Virus record (IMG/VR): IMGVR_UViG_3300042691_021691
Location: 28,846 to 92,845 of that record
Reading direction: 5' to 3' (one strand)
Origin: a virus
DNA length: 64,000 nt
This document shows, piece by piece, positions 7,060-16,434 of the stretch. Every line of letters starts with the position of its first letter. Within the stretch, counting starts at the first letter, position 1. The notes beneath the pieces were generated by a model. That model was not told where the DNA came from, did not search any database, and worked only from the letters and a program-made list of their open reading frames with translations. A program made the translations under genes and the position numbers.

Positions 7060-9273
7060 ATGGTAAGAAATCCGAATCGAAGTAGCGTATTTGGCAGTGA
7101 ACACATAGCCGATGGCATGTCCGGAATGTCAACGACAACTAACTCTCCGAAGTTTTATGAGGGTATAGTCGTTGATATTATTTTGAACGAAAGCAGAGAT
7201 GGCGAAGACGGATATGGCGCAAACGGATTTAATATAGGGGCAGCTAAAATTCGCCCATTGAATAATCCATTAGCGAACACGGCAGATTCGGATGATAAGT
7301 TAAATTGGATAGAACCACTGGAAATGCGATTCGCAGATTATCCAGTTATTGGTGAAATGGTATTGGTGTATGTCATTGCAGAAACTCCATTTTATACTAG
7401 ACCACTGCCCATAGGCAAAAAGCCAACAGAAAACGCTTTTCTAAATACCCATACAGTTTTAAAAAATTCATACGCAACTAATTCCCCCGACGCTCCGCCA
7501 AAGCCAACAGGCCAACATAAATTTGGTCAGTATTTTAAGCCACTAAAAAACGCCCATTTCTTGCGACCATTCGAGGGCGATGTAATATTACAAGGTAGAT
7601 TTGGTAATACTATAAGATTTGGTTCTAGTCAAATTGGACCGGATTCTTTAGGACTAAATCCTAACATATTAATTCGCGTAGGAGAGCCACCAAACAAACC
7701 AAAAGTTAAGGGTGTAGATAACCCACACGGTTTGATTTACGAAGATGTTAATTTAGATGCATCATCGTTATATTTAGTTTCTGATCAGAGAATTCCACTT
7801 GAACCAGCCACCAAAACAGGAACATCTCACTTACGCTCCGCAAACGAAGCAAAAGGTCAACTATTTGCCGGAAGTCAAATTTTATTAAATTCCGATAGAA
7901 TTATAATAAACTCCAAACGATTTCAAACATTTTTATTTTCTGCGGAAGGCATACACGGGAATGCATTAAAAGATATAACATTTGATACGGATCAAAATTT
8001 TAAAGTTAGTACAAATATTGATACCAAATTTTTAATTGGAAAAAATCTTTCTATTAATGCTAGAGAAGATGCGTTTATTACCATTGGCAGAAATACAGTA
8101 TTAACATCTAAAACTAGATTGGCATTACACGCCAATAAAATTTTTGTTGGAAGCAAAGAAGACGATAAGGAACCTATAGTGGGTGGCACATCGCTTTCTA
8201 AATTTTTAGCACGATTGATTATGGCACTGGTAAACACTAGCCTACCAGAACCACCAGCTGCATTTACAGTTGGACCTAATCAACAACTTCACGTAATCGG
8301 CACAAAATTAGCGCCAGGTGTAGTATCATCACTATTGAAACTATATACCGAGTTAGTAAAGCCTAATTCCGGTCAAGATTCTCCGAAACCCTTTGCGGGT
8401 GCTCCATTTAATAGTAAAGATAATTTCGTTTCATTGGATAATGCGGATCCTGAAATAGATGCAGTACAACAACCGCTAACCGCCGAAGAACGTCAGTCGC
8501 TAGAAGTATATAAAGCAGAAATTGACAATCAGATTGCACTAACGTCTCCAAATGATCCTGGTATAGAAACTGCTCGTGAGGAAGCAAGCTTTGTTCAAGA
8601 ACAACTTGATACAAATGAACCTGCCGCAGATCCAGCGCCATCGGAACCAATATCAACGGATATTGAAGGAATTTGCAAGAGAATCGTAGAAGAAGCCAAA
8701 AAGGATATTGGATTGCGAGAACTTTCACTTCCAGATACGGTAAATACAAATCCACCAATAAGAAAACCATTTAATAGTAATAGACACCCGGACATTGATG
8801 CGATGCACAGAGCATGTGGATTAGATAACGCGACACAGTTCAATACGACTGGAACAGGATACCATTGGTGTGCATCGGCGGTATCTAAATGGTGGAGAGC
8901 AGCAGGAGCACAAGTTCCTCCGTTTGGAATAACAACTCCACAAGGAAGAAAAATTGCAGGTGGTCCTGCGTCATGTCAATTCTGGTATGATTGGGCTAGA
9001 GCATTTGGATATCTAAGTGATGTACCTGTTGTTGGTGCGGCAATTTTGTATTATGGAAAAGGCAAATATCATCATATTGGCATAGTTTCCTCCGTATCCC
9101 CACTTCGCACTATCGAGGGAAATACATCCGATCCTTCGGGGGGATTTAATAGAAATGGAGTTACGTGTGCCGAGAAGTCCCCGAGAGGTGGAAGAAGCGT
9201 TGTATACGTACTGCCAGTACAAGGTAATAAAATTACTCCATGCGCATTAAAACAATTAGGAAGAACTCAATAA
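7060..9273 (+). CDS. baseplate hub/spike (gp5-like) protein with a C-terminal CHAP peptidoglycan hydrolase domain
   Basis: N-terminal YPVIGEMVLV OB-fold-like segment, EGDVILQGRFGNTIRFG, beta-rich spike region; CHAP motifs HWCASAVSKWW, HHIGIV, TIEGNTS. Confidence 0.75.
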   Translation: MVRNPNRSSVFGSEHIADGMSGMSTTTNSPKFYEGIVVDIILNESRDGEDGYGANGFNIGAAKIRPLNNPLANTADSDDKLNWIEPLEMRFADYPVIGEMVLVYVIAETPFYTRPLPIGKKPTENAFLNTHTVLKNSYATNSPDAPPKPTGQHKFGQYFKPLKNAHFLRPFEGDVILQGRFGNTIRFGSSQIGPDSLGLNPNILIRVGEPPNKPKVKGVDNPHGLIYEDVNLDASSLYLVSDQRIPLEPATKTGTSHLRSANEAKGQLFAGSQILLNSDRIIINSKRFQTFLFSAEGIHGNALKDITFDTDQNFKVSTNIDTKFLIGKNLSINAREDAFITIGRNTVLTSKTRLALHANKIFVGSKEDDKEPIVGGTSLSKFLARLIMALVNTSLPEPPAAFTVGPNQQLHVIGTKLAPGVVSSLLKLYTELVKPNSGQDSPKPFAGAPFNSKDNFVSLDNADPEIDAVQQPLTAEERQSLEVYKAEIDNQIALTSPNDPGIETAREEASFVQEQLDTNEPAADPAPSEPISTDIEGICKRIVEEAKKDIGLRELSLPDTVNTNPPIRKPFNSNRHPDIDAMHRACGLDNATQFNTTGTGYHWCASAVSKWWRAAGAQVPPFGITTPQGRKIAGGPASCQFWYDWARAFGYLSDVPVVGAAILYYGKGKYHHIGIVSSVSPLRTIEGNTSDPSGGFNRNGVTCAEKSPRGGRSVVYVLPVQGNKITPCALKQLGRTQ

Positions 9274-9282
9274 TTATATAAT

Positions 9283-9807
9283 ATGACCAATCCATTTTCA
9301 CTACCGCCATTGCCAGTAGCTAAGGGAATCTTAGGTAAAATACAAATGGCATTGACTATCAAAACAATGATAGAAGATAAAAAGAAATCAGCGGAAGCTA
9401 TTAAAAATGCTGCCGTTGCAATGGCTTTGCAAAAAGCCAATGAGATTAAGGATAAAAAAATACAAGAACTGCGGGAAAAGGGAGAAGTAGCAGTATCAGA
9501 TAAAACCAAAGCTATACAAGAAAGAAAGCAACAAGCAACAAATTCCGTGACTTCTGCTAAAAATTTTTCCCAGCGGATGGCTGATGTTGATAAGAATCCA
9601 AAAATACAGCAATTGCGAAGAGAAGAAGCGGAGTTGGGTGCTAGACTCACAGCATTAAATGCTGACATTTTAAGTGACCCAAATCCACAAAGCAAAGCTA
9701 CAAAATTGGTTGAATACAGAACGTTATTAAGTAAAAAGGTTAATATTACAAGAGAAATACTTTCCGAAAGAAGTCGATTGTTAAATGAAATTAGGCAAGG
9801 TCTTTAA
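9283..9807 (+). CDS. hypothetical coiled-coil protein
   Basis: ORF within the operon, Lys/Glu/Ala-rich helices. Confidence 0.7.
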   Translation: MTNPFSLPPLPVAKGILGKIQMALTIKTMIEDKKKSAEAIKNAAVAMALQKANEIKDKKIQELREKGEVAVSDKTKAIQERKQQATNSVTSAKNFSQRMADVDKNPKIQQLRREEAELGARLTALNADILSDPNPQSKATKLVEYRTLLSKKVNITREILSERSRLLNEIRQGL

Positions 9808-9825
9808 ATATACAAGGAGATATGT

Positions 9826-10161
9826 ATGGATAAGAAACTATTAAAGGCATATATAAGAACTATAGTAGAAGAAGAAGTTGAGCGCATTTTACCAAAAATG
9901 ATAAAGGAACAAATAGAATCGGTAGTAGATACCAACGCAAATACCAAAATGGTATCGGAATCCACCACTAAAAAAGCACCGATTTCCAAGCAAGATTTGG
10001 CATCATTGTTGGGAATAACTCGCGATGGTGATACTTTGCGGGCAACGACCTCTGGGGTAAAGCAAGCCCATAATCTACCATCTAATGTACCAGATTATAT
10101 AGAAAGCGCAATCACCAGAGATTATTCTGCTTTAATGAAAGCAATGAATAAGAAAAATTAA
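9826..10161 (+). CDS. hypothetical protein
   Basis: SD AAGGAG; N-terminal LKAYIRTIVEEE amphipathic motif. Confidence 0.75.
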   Translation: MDKKLLKAYIRTIVEEEVERILPKMIKEQIESVVDTNANTKMVSESTTKKAPISKQDLASLLGITRDGDTLRATTSGVKQAHNLPSNVPDYIESAITRDYSALMKAMNKKN

Positions 10162-10164
10162 TAT

Positions 10165-10584
10165 ATGCTAAAGCGCAGAAGAAATTTTGGTATAGGAGTT
10201 ACTCTGCCATTTAGGCGGGGTAATTCTGGCTATTTTGAATCCTCAACGGAAATACTTCCACAAATCAAATCAAATTTTAAAAATTTGATTATGACACGAA
10301 TTGGGGAGCGGTTAGGCCAACCAGAATTTGGATGTAGAATTTGGGAATATATATTTGAACAATGGAATCCTGATACCGTTAGAGGTGTTAGGGATTCTGT
10401 TATTGATGCTGTAGATAGATGGATGCCATTTTTGGAGCTACTACAAATTGATATACAAAGTGGCAATGATAACAAAGCAATTGATAATCATACTATAAAT
10501 CTTTATGTTAGATATAGAATAAGAGAAAACGCAGATTTAGAGGATGAAATCGTTATTCCTGTATCTAATTTTAATGTGGAGTAA
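10165..10584 (+). CDS. baseplate wedge protein (gp25/GPW family)
   Basis: IKSNFKNLIMTRIGERLGQPEFGCRIWEYIFE...AVDRWMP signature. Confidence 0.9.
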   Translation: MLKRRRNFGIGVTLPFRRGNSGYFESSTEILPQIKSNFKNLIMTRIGERLGQPEFGCRIWEYIFEQWNPDTVRGVRDSVIDAVDRWMPFLELLQIDIQSGNDNKAIDNHTINLYVRYRIRENADLEDEIVIPVSNFNVE

Positions 10585-10588
10585 ATAA

Positions 10589-12517
10589 ATGGCAATAACC
10601 AATCCTATCCGACGAGATTATAGCCCAAATGTAAAGGATATAAATTATCTAAATAAAACATTTCCTGAGTTTCGTCAGAGTTTAATAGATTTCGTTAGAT
10701 CATATTATCCAGATTCATATCAGGATTTTAATGAATCTTCGCCTGGTATGATTTTCATAGAAATGGCATCATACGTAGGCGATGTATTAAGTTTTTACAT
10801 AGATAATCAATTTAAAGAAAATTTATTATTACATGCCGATGAACAGAAAAATATTATAAATATCGCACAAGGATTGGGGTATAAGCCAAAACTATCGGCG
10901 GCGTCTTCAGTAGATGCGTATATATATCAAGTTGTGCCTGCGCTAGGATTGGTGGATAACTATGAACCAGACCCGTCGTATTATTTGAAAATTGGAGCCA
11001 ATTCTTCATTTAGAAGTGATACTAATCCAAGTGTAATTTTTAGATCTTCTGAAGATGTAGATTTTTCCGATCCAATTGATAGAGATATAACTATTAAAAC
11101 GACAACAGGAACTATTCCGACTACATATCTAGTTAGAAAAAAAGTAAAATTAATATCCGGTGAAGTCAAGGTAACCAATGTAACATTTGGAAGTCCGCAA
11201 AAATTTTCAAAAATTGTTCTTCCTGAAAATAATGTCATTTCTATATTAAACGTATTTGATTCCGATGGGTTTACTTGGAACGAAGTAGATTATCTAGCAC
11301 AAGACGTATTATTAGATGAAAGAGAAGTGTCTGGAAATACAGAAGACGGAATTCCTCCATCAAAGTTATTTAATTATGTCAGATCGCCTAGAAGATTTAT
11401 CAGTAGAATCAATGATAGATTAGAAATGGAAATGATGTTTGGTTCAGGAACGGATAACGTGGCAAATGAAATAGTTACTCTGGATTCCAGACAAATAGCA
11501 ACCGATACGTATGAGCAGAAGATTGCAAATACCGCATTAAATCCAATTAATTTCTTAAGCACAGAAACATACGGACTTGCGCCTGCAAACACGCAAATAA
11601 CCGTAGAATATTTGGTCGGTGGCGGAATTAAAACTAACGTTCCATCTAGAAGCATTACGAAAATTGAAAGTATAAATATATTAAATTCAATACAAGATTA
11701 TCCAACAAACGAACTACGAGCGATTTTTGATGCTGTTGTAGACTCGGTGGCAATCATAAACGATGAACCTGCTACTGGTGGTGGTGATGGCGAAACTATA
11801 GAAGAAATTAGACAAAACGCATTGGCATTTTTCGCCGCTCAAAATAGAGTAATGACGGCTGATGATTATGTGGTAAGAACATACGCACTTCCAGCTAAAT
11901 TTGGAAAAGTTGCTAAGGCATTTGCTATTAGAGACGAACAAATAAATGCTGTAATAACCGCCGAGCAAACCAATACCAGAACAGAAAGAACTTTCGTAAG
12001 CGATCCGGCGGCACCAAATGCAATAAATTTATATGTATTGGGATACAATAAAGATGGGAAGCTTACAGTATTAAATTCATTGGTAAAGAAGAATTTAGCT
12101 AAATACTTAGAATCGTACAGAATGCTAACAGATGAAGTTAATATTTTGGATGCGTTCGTAGTTAATATCGGAGTTAATTTCGATGTTATAGTGTATAAAA
12201 ACTATAATATGAATGATGTTTTAGGAAGATGTATAGATGCAATTGTAAATTTCTTTGATATTGATAAGTGGAAAATACAACAACCAATTATATTAGCAGA
12301 TTTGCGAAATACTATAGGATCCGTTGAAGGAGTACAATCGGTAATATCAGTAGACATTACAAACAAGTATCAATTCAAAGATGGCAGTGATTACCAAAAT
12401 TACAGATATCCAATCGATGAAGCTATAGTAAATGATGTTGTATATCCGTCATTGGATCCTTGCATTTTTGAAATTAGATACCCAGAAACCGATATAGTAG
12501 GGAGAGCAAGACAATGA
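10589..12517 (+). CDS. baseplate wedge subunit (T4 gp6 / baseplate J-like)
   Basis: DFNESSPGMIFIEMASYVGDVLSFYID and ATGGGDGETIEEIRQNALAFFAAQNRVMTADDY. Confidence 0.9.
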   Translation: MAITNPIRRDYSPNVKDINYLNKTFPEFRQSLIDFVRSYYPDSYQDFNESSPGMIFIEMASYVGDVLSFYIDNQFKENLLLHADEQKNIINIAQGLGYKPKLSAASSVDAYIYQVVPALGLVDNYEPDPSYYLKIGANSSFRSDTNPSVIFRSSEDVDFSDPIDRDITIKTTTGTIPTTYLVRKKVKLISGEVKVTNVTFGSPQKFSKIVLPENNVISILNVFDSDGFTWNEVDYLAQDVLLDEREVSGNTEDGIPPSKLFNYVRSPRRFISRINDRLEMEMMFGSGTDNVANEIVTLDSRQIATDTYEQKIANTALNPINFLSTETYGLAPANTQITVEYLVGGGIKTNVPSRSITKIESINILNSIQDYPTNELRAIFDAVVDSVAIINDEPATGGGDGETIEEIRQNALAFFAAQNRVMTADDYVVRTYALPAKFGKVAKAFAIRDEQINAVITAEQTNTRTERTFVSDPAAPNAINLYVLGYNKDGKLTVLNSLVKKNLAKYLESYRMLTDEVNILDAFVVNIGVNFDVIVYKNYNMNDVLGRCIDAIVNFFDIDKWKIQQPIILADLRNTIGSVEGVQSVISVDITNKYQFKDGSDYQNYRYPIDEAIVNDVVYPSLDPCIFEIRYPETDIVGRARQ

Positions 12518-13515
12518 TAATAACACTAACTGCTTCGGCAGACGCCAGTATATATCAAAGATTCCCTACATTAAACACAGGGTATGATGAGATATTAGAA
12601 ATAGGAAAATTAAAAAAGCAAGGAGATGATGATACGGTTTATTCTGGAAGTAGTACTGTAGTATCATTGATAAACTTTGATGTAAGTGATCATGCAAATT
12701 GGGCACCTACTGCTAGTATCTATTTAAATTTAAAAATTGCTAGCGCATCTTCATTGAATAAAAATCAAAGTGTTGTGGCATATTTAATGTCAAGTTCATG
12801 GGAAGAAGGGAGTGGATATTATCTACAACAGCCATATAATAAAGAAGATGGGGCTACTTGGACCAGTGTAAACGGATTATACTCAAGTAGTGTCTCTGCC
12901 AGTTATACCATTTCAACCTATCCAATCCAAGATATAAAATTTGATATTACATCTTTAGTAAATTATGGAATATATTCTGCTAGCTGGAATGGATTGGCGA
13001 TCACCCTCCCAAGTGCATCGTTGGTAGATGGGAATAATAGTTCTAATATAAAAGTATTTTCTTCTCAAACGCATACTATATATCAACCTACACTCACTGT
13101 GGAGTGGAACAATCAAACATATTCCACTGGGAGTTTGAAACCATTACCCACCGGAGATGTGGAAATATCATATAAAAATATAAAAGAACAATATGTATAT
13201 GGTACAAAGCAAAATGTATATTTGGTAGTAAGAGACAAATATCCTTCCAAATCATTCAATACCGTATTGCGGTATCAAAACAAATATTATTTACCAAAGA
13301 CTTCATATTATAGAATAGTAGATATTGCCGCGAATACTCTAATTAATGATTTTACTAGTGCGGCTACCGTAGATTGTTCCGATAATTCAAATTATATTTT
13401 GTTAGATACAACAAAATTGAGTAGAGGAAGATACTACAGATTAGAATTTAAAATAGTAAAATCCAATGGTGAAATTATATTTGTATCTCCTTTGGAAACA
13501 TTCACGGTAAGATAA
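12514..13515 (+). CDS. virion protein with a DNRLRE/CBM96-like beta-sandwich
   Basis: ADASIYQRFPTLNTG...SLINFD...SSWEEG...FDITSLV...PTLTVEW pattern. Confidence 0.6.
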   Translation: MIITLTASADASIYQRFPTLNTGYDEILEIGKLKKQGDDDTVYSGSSTVVSLINFDVSDHANWAPTASIYLNLKIASASSLNKNQSVVAYLMSSSWEEGSGYYLQQPYNKEDGATWTSVNGLYSSSVSASYTISTYPIQDIKFDITSLVNYGIYSASWNGLAITLPSASLVDGNNSSNIKVFSSQTHTIYQPTLTVEWNNQTYSTGSLKPLPTGDVEISYKNIKEQYVYGTKQNVYLVVRDKYPSKSFNTVLRYQNKYYLPKTSYYRIVDIAANTLINDFTSAATVDCSDNSNYILLDTTKLSRGRYYRLEFKIVKSNGEIIFVSPLETFTVR

Positions 13516-13516
13516 A

Positions 13517-13870
13517 ATGAATATAATTCAAATAGCTATTCCGCAAACTCGAATTGAAAGTACAAAGGAATCTCCCGATAAAGAATTAGTTACGGTAGAT
13601 TTATTCAATAATGGATTAAATCAATTCGAGTCATTTGAATTAAATAAAGATTTATTAAATCCTCCGATAATACCTATTTCTATAGAAACTACGGATCTAA
13701 AATTAGAAGATTCTATAAAGGTAGATTTAGATGCAAAAGTTGTAGTATTTTTAACGGAAGATAACACTAGATATGAAAATGAGCAAGAATATTTTTTCCC
13801 TATATTTAGAGAAATTATAAATCCTGATATATCATATACTAGATTTGACACAACTTTTTCGGAATTATAA
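13517..13870 (+). CDS. hypothetical protein (baseplate operon)
   Basis: Tightly packed ORF. Confidence 0.65.
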   Translation: MNIIQIAIPQTRIESTKESPDKELVTVDLFNNGLNQFESFELNKDLLNPPIIPISIETTDLKLEDSIKVDLDAKVVVFLTEDNTRYENEQEYFFPIFREIINPDISYTRFDTTFSEL

Positions 13871-13873
13871 TCT

Positions 13874-14707
13874 ATGGCTACTCAACAAAATTACACAGAA
13901 CTATTACAGCCCAATACAATTAGATACACGGTATCTCGTGTAGCAACGATTCCAACGGATGAATTGTTATTTGCAGTAGAGCCTGCTGATTTTGGGTTTA
14001 CTAATAAGGATAATATAGAAATACATTTTTATTCCAGATTGACCAAAGATTTAGCGTTTTCTCAGCGGATAGACTTAGTAGATGATATCTTAGGAATACG
14101 AACTATAGATTATATAGACAGTAAATTTAGAAATTATATAACTTTTGATTTTAATAAATACATTGAACTGTATCCGCTAAAAATATCACCGGGCGAATAT
14201 GAAATTGTAATTAATATATTTAGCGATGAAATTGGAAGTTATAGCGATAAAAAATTAATAATTAATGCAGTTTCTGATAGTAGAACCGAAGTCAATCTAC
14301 GTTTCAAAGAACAAACAGAAACTAATATTCTGGAATTGAATGAATTTGTGGCGCCTGCGATAAGCAAGCCATATTTAGATGGAATTTTACAAAATATTTT
14401 TATAACTGCTGGAAGACAGTCAGATTCCACTATTGGCGTTACTATAGGAGATATTTTATCTCAACTGTCGGAATCCGGTGAAACTGTAGATTTGAATAGA
14501 ACTAATCAGATAGGAAAACTTCAATCGGTACAGGCATTAATAGCAAACTTACTAGAAACGGTATATACTAGAATTAGAGAAATTTTGGTAAGTTATCCTA
14601 AGTTTCGTATCACAGAAGAGGAAGCCAAGCTAATTATAGAAAGAGTTTTCTTCGAAGAATTTAATAAAGTCAGAGACTCGTTGCGATCTGATATAATACT
14701 TACCTAG
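13874..14707 (+). CDS. hypothetical virion protein
   Basis: Tightly packed ORF with an INAVSDSRTEVNL segment. Confidence 0.7.
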   Translation: MATQQNYTELLQPNTIRYTVSRVATIPTDELLFAVEPADFGFTNKDNIEIHFYSRLTKDLAFSQRIDLVDDILGIRTIDYIDSKFRNYITFDFNKYIELYPLKISPGEYEIVINIFSDEIGSYSDKKLIINAVSDSRTEVNLRFKEQTETNILELNEFVAPAISKPYLDGILQNIFITAGRQSDSTIGVTIGDILSQLSESGETVDLNRTNQIGKLQSVQALIANLLETVYTRIREILVSYPKFRITEEEAKLIIERVFFEEFNKVRDSLRSDIILT

Positions 14708-14715
14708 GATTAGAT

Positions 14716-16428
14716 ATGATTAAAGTAAATAATTTGTTGCAAATCGACGAAGATTTGAGTTCACTATTAAAATTCGTATATTTGCGAGGTTCAAATACAG
14801 CACTTGGACAGGTGGGGTTTACAGCAAGAAACATACATACTAGAAGAATCAGAGCAAGTATAGCCGGAGATGCAGGAATTCAATTTATTCCTTCGACGTT
14901 TGAACTAGATCCTGGTCAAGTCAGAACTGTATTGCTAAATGTTGCTGACGTTGCGTTTTTAGAAACTCTTCCAGTAGGAACTACATCTGTAGATTTTAGA
15001 ATTTCTGCATCCGAAATTCTACCACCGGTGGTGCTATTGCCAGAACCAAGAGTTCCTGGTCTTCCTCCTGCGCCTGCAATCGTATTAGGGTGCTTGGATC
15101 CGAGCGCAACAAATTACAATCCATCTGCTAATATGAGCGATGGTTCATGTCAATATCCACCTATATTGCCTCCGTCGATTAGAGGATGCACAGATCCAAA
15201 TTCAATAAATTATAATCCGTATGCAACTTTAAATGATGGTAGTTGTATAGCTAGAAGTCCTATTCCTGATATACCACCGCCACCGGTATATGGATGTATG
15301 GATCCTTCTGCATTGAACTATAATCCAACAGCTACCGTAAATACCGGATGCCAATATAAACAACGAGTTCGTGGGTGTACAAATCCAAGAGCAACAAATT
15401 ATAATCCCAATGCGGAAATAGAAGATGGATCGTGTACGTTACCAGGACGTTGGGTTCTGGTGGAAACTGCACGACCATATTCCACTTCAACTACGGTAAT
15501 TACACAAAAATCTCCTGAAAATAGACAAGAGGCATCTGCAGATAATAACTTTGTTGGTGGCTACTATTATACGGAATATGGATATATAGAAACTACTACA
15601 TATGGAGCACAATATACATATCAATTAGAAGGTGATGCATCGGTGGCAGGACCAAGACCAACGGATCCTCCCAGAGAAGTAAATGTTATCAGAGGTGACA
15701 TAACTGTCATCGCAAATAGATTTATACGTGGCGATGATCCCGTATTTGAGGTATGTAATAGAATTGGAGAAGTTACACAAACTAGGGATATAGGAAATGG
15801 ATACGCCAATATATGTAGATTAATTCAACATGAATTCACTCCAGGAGGTTGTAGAGAATCTTGTGTGAATGAATTTGTTGGTGTATATGGATGTACAAAT
15901 CCACGAGCAAGAAACTATAACCCATCGGCAACCATAGATGATAATTCATGCATAGTTATCGAAGCTCCAATATACGGTTGTACCGATCCATCGGCAATCA
16001 ATTATAATAGTTCCGCAACGGTCAATGATAATAGTTGCACATACCAAGTGCGTGGATGTACCGATCCAGCCGCTCTAAATTATAATCCATCGGCTACTAT
16101 AAACGATGGTAGCTGCACGTATCAACGTATAACAACGACAGTTAGAGGATGCACAGATCCTGCAGCAACAAATTACAATCCATCCGCAACTCAAAATGAT
16201 GGCAGCTGTAATTATATCACTCCTTCGATTTATGGTTGTATGGATCCATCAGCGATAAATTATGATCCTAATGCAACTTCAAACCAAGGCGTAATTTGCT
16301 CTTATCCCACCGTAGGTGGTGGCGGCGGCGGTGGTGGAGGTGGTGGCTTTATTTATACAGGGATTAATGGAGATGAGCGTACCAATGCATTTGGTGGTGG
16401 TACTGTAAATGAACAATTTATGATTTAA
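14716..16428 (+). CDS. Cys-repeat protein with 9 GCxDPxAxNYNPxAxxDDGSC units
   Basis: Repeats counted in the translation; Pro-rich linkers and a poly-Gly C-terminus. Confidence 0.85.
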   Translation: MIKVNNLLQIDEDLSSLLKFVYLRGSNTALGQVGFTARNIHTRRIRASIAGDAGIQFIPSTFELDPGQVRTVLLNVADVAFLETLPVGTTSVDFRISASEILPPVVLLPEPRVPGLPPAPAIVLGCLDPSATNYNPSANMSDGSCQYPPILPPSIRGCTDPNSINYNPYATLNDGSCIARSPIPDIPPPPVYGCMDPSALNYNPTATVNTGCQYKQRVRGCTNPRATNYNPNAEIEDGSCTLPGRWVLVETARPYSTSTTVITQKSPENRQEASADNNFVGGYYYTEYGYIETTTYGAQYTYQLEGDASVAGPRPTDPPREVNVIRGDITVIANRFIRGDDPVFEVCNRIGEVTQTRDIGNGYANICRLIQHEFTPGGCRESCVNEFVGVYGCTNPRARNYNPSATIDDNSCIVIEAPIYGCTDPSAINYNSSATVNDNSCTYQVRGCTDPAALNYNPSATINDGSCTYQRITTTVRGCTDPAATNYNPSATQNDGSCNYITPSIYGCMDPSAINYDPNATSNQGVICSYPTVGGGGGGGGGGGFIYTGINGDERTNAFGGGTVNEQFMI

Positions 16429-16434
16429 TGATAG

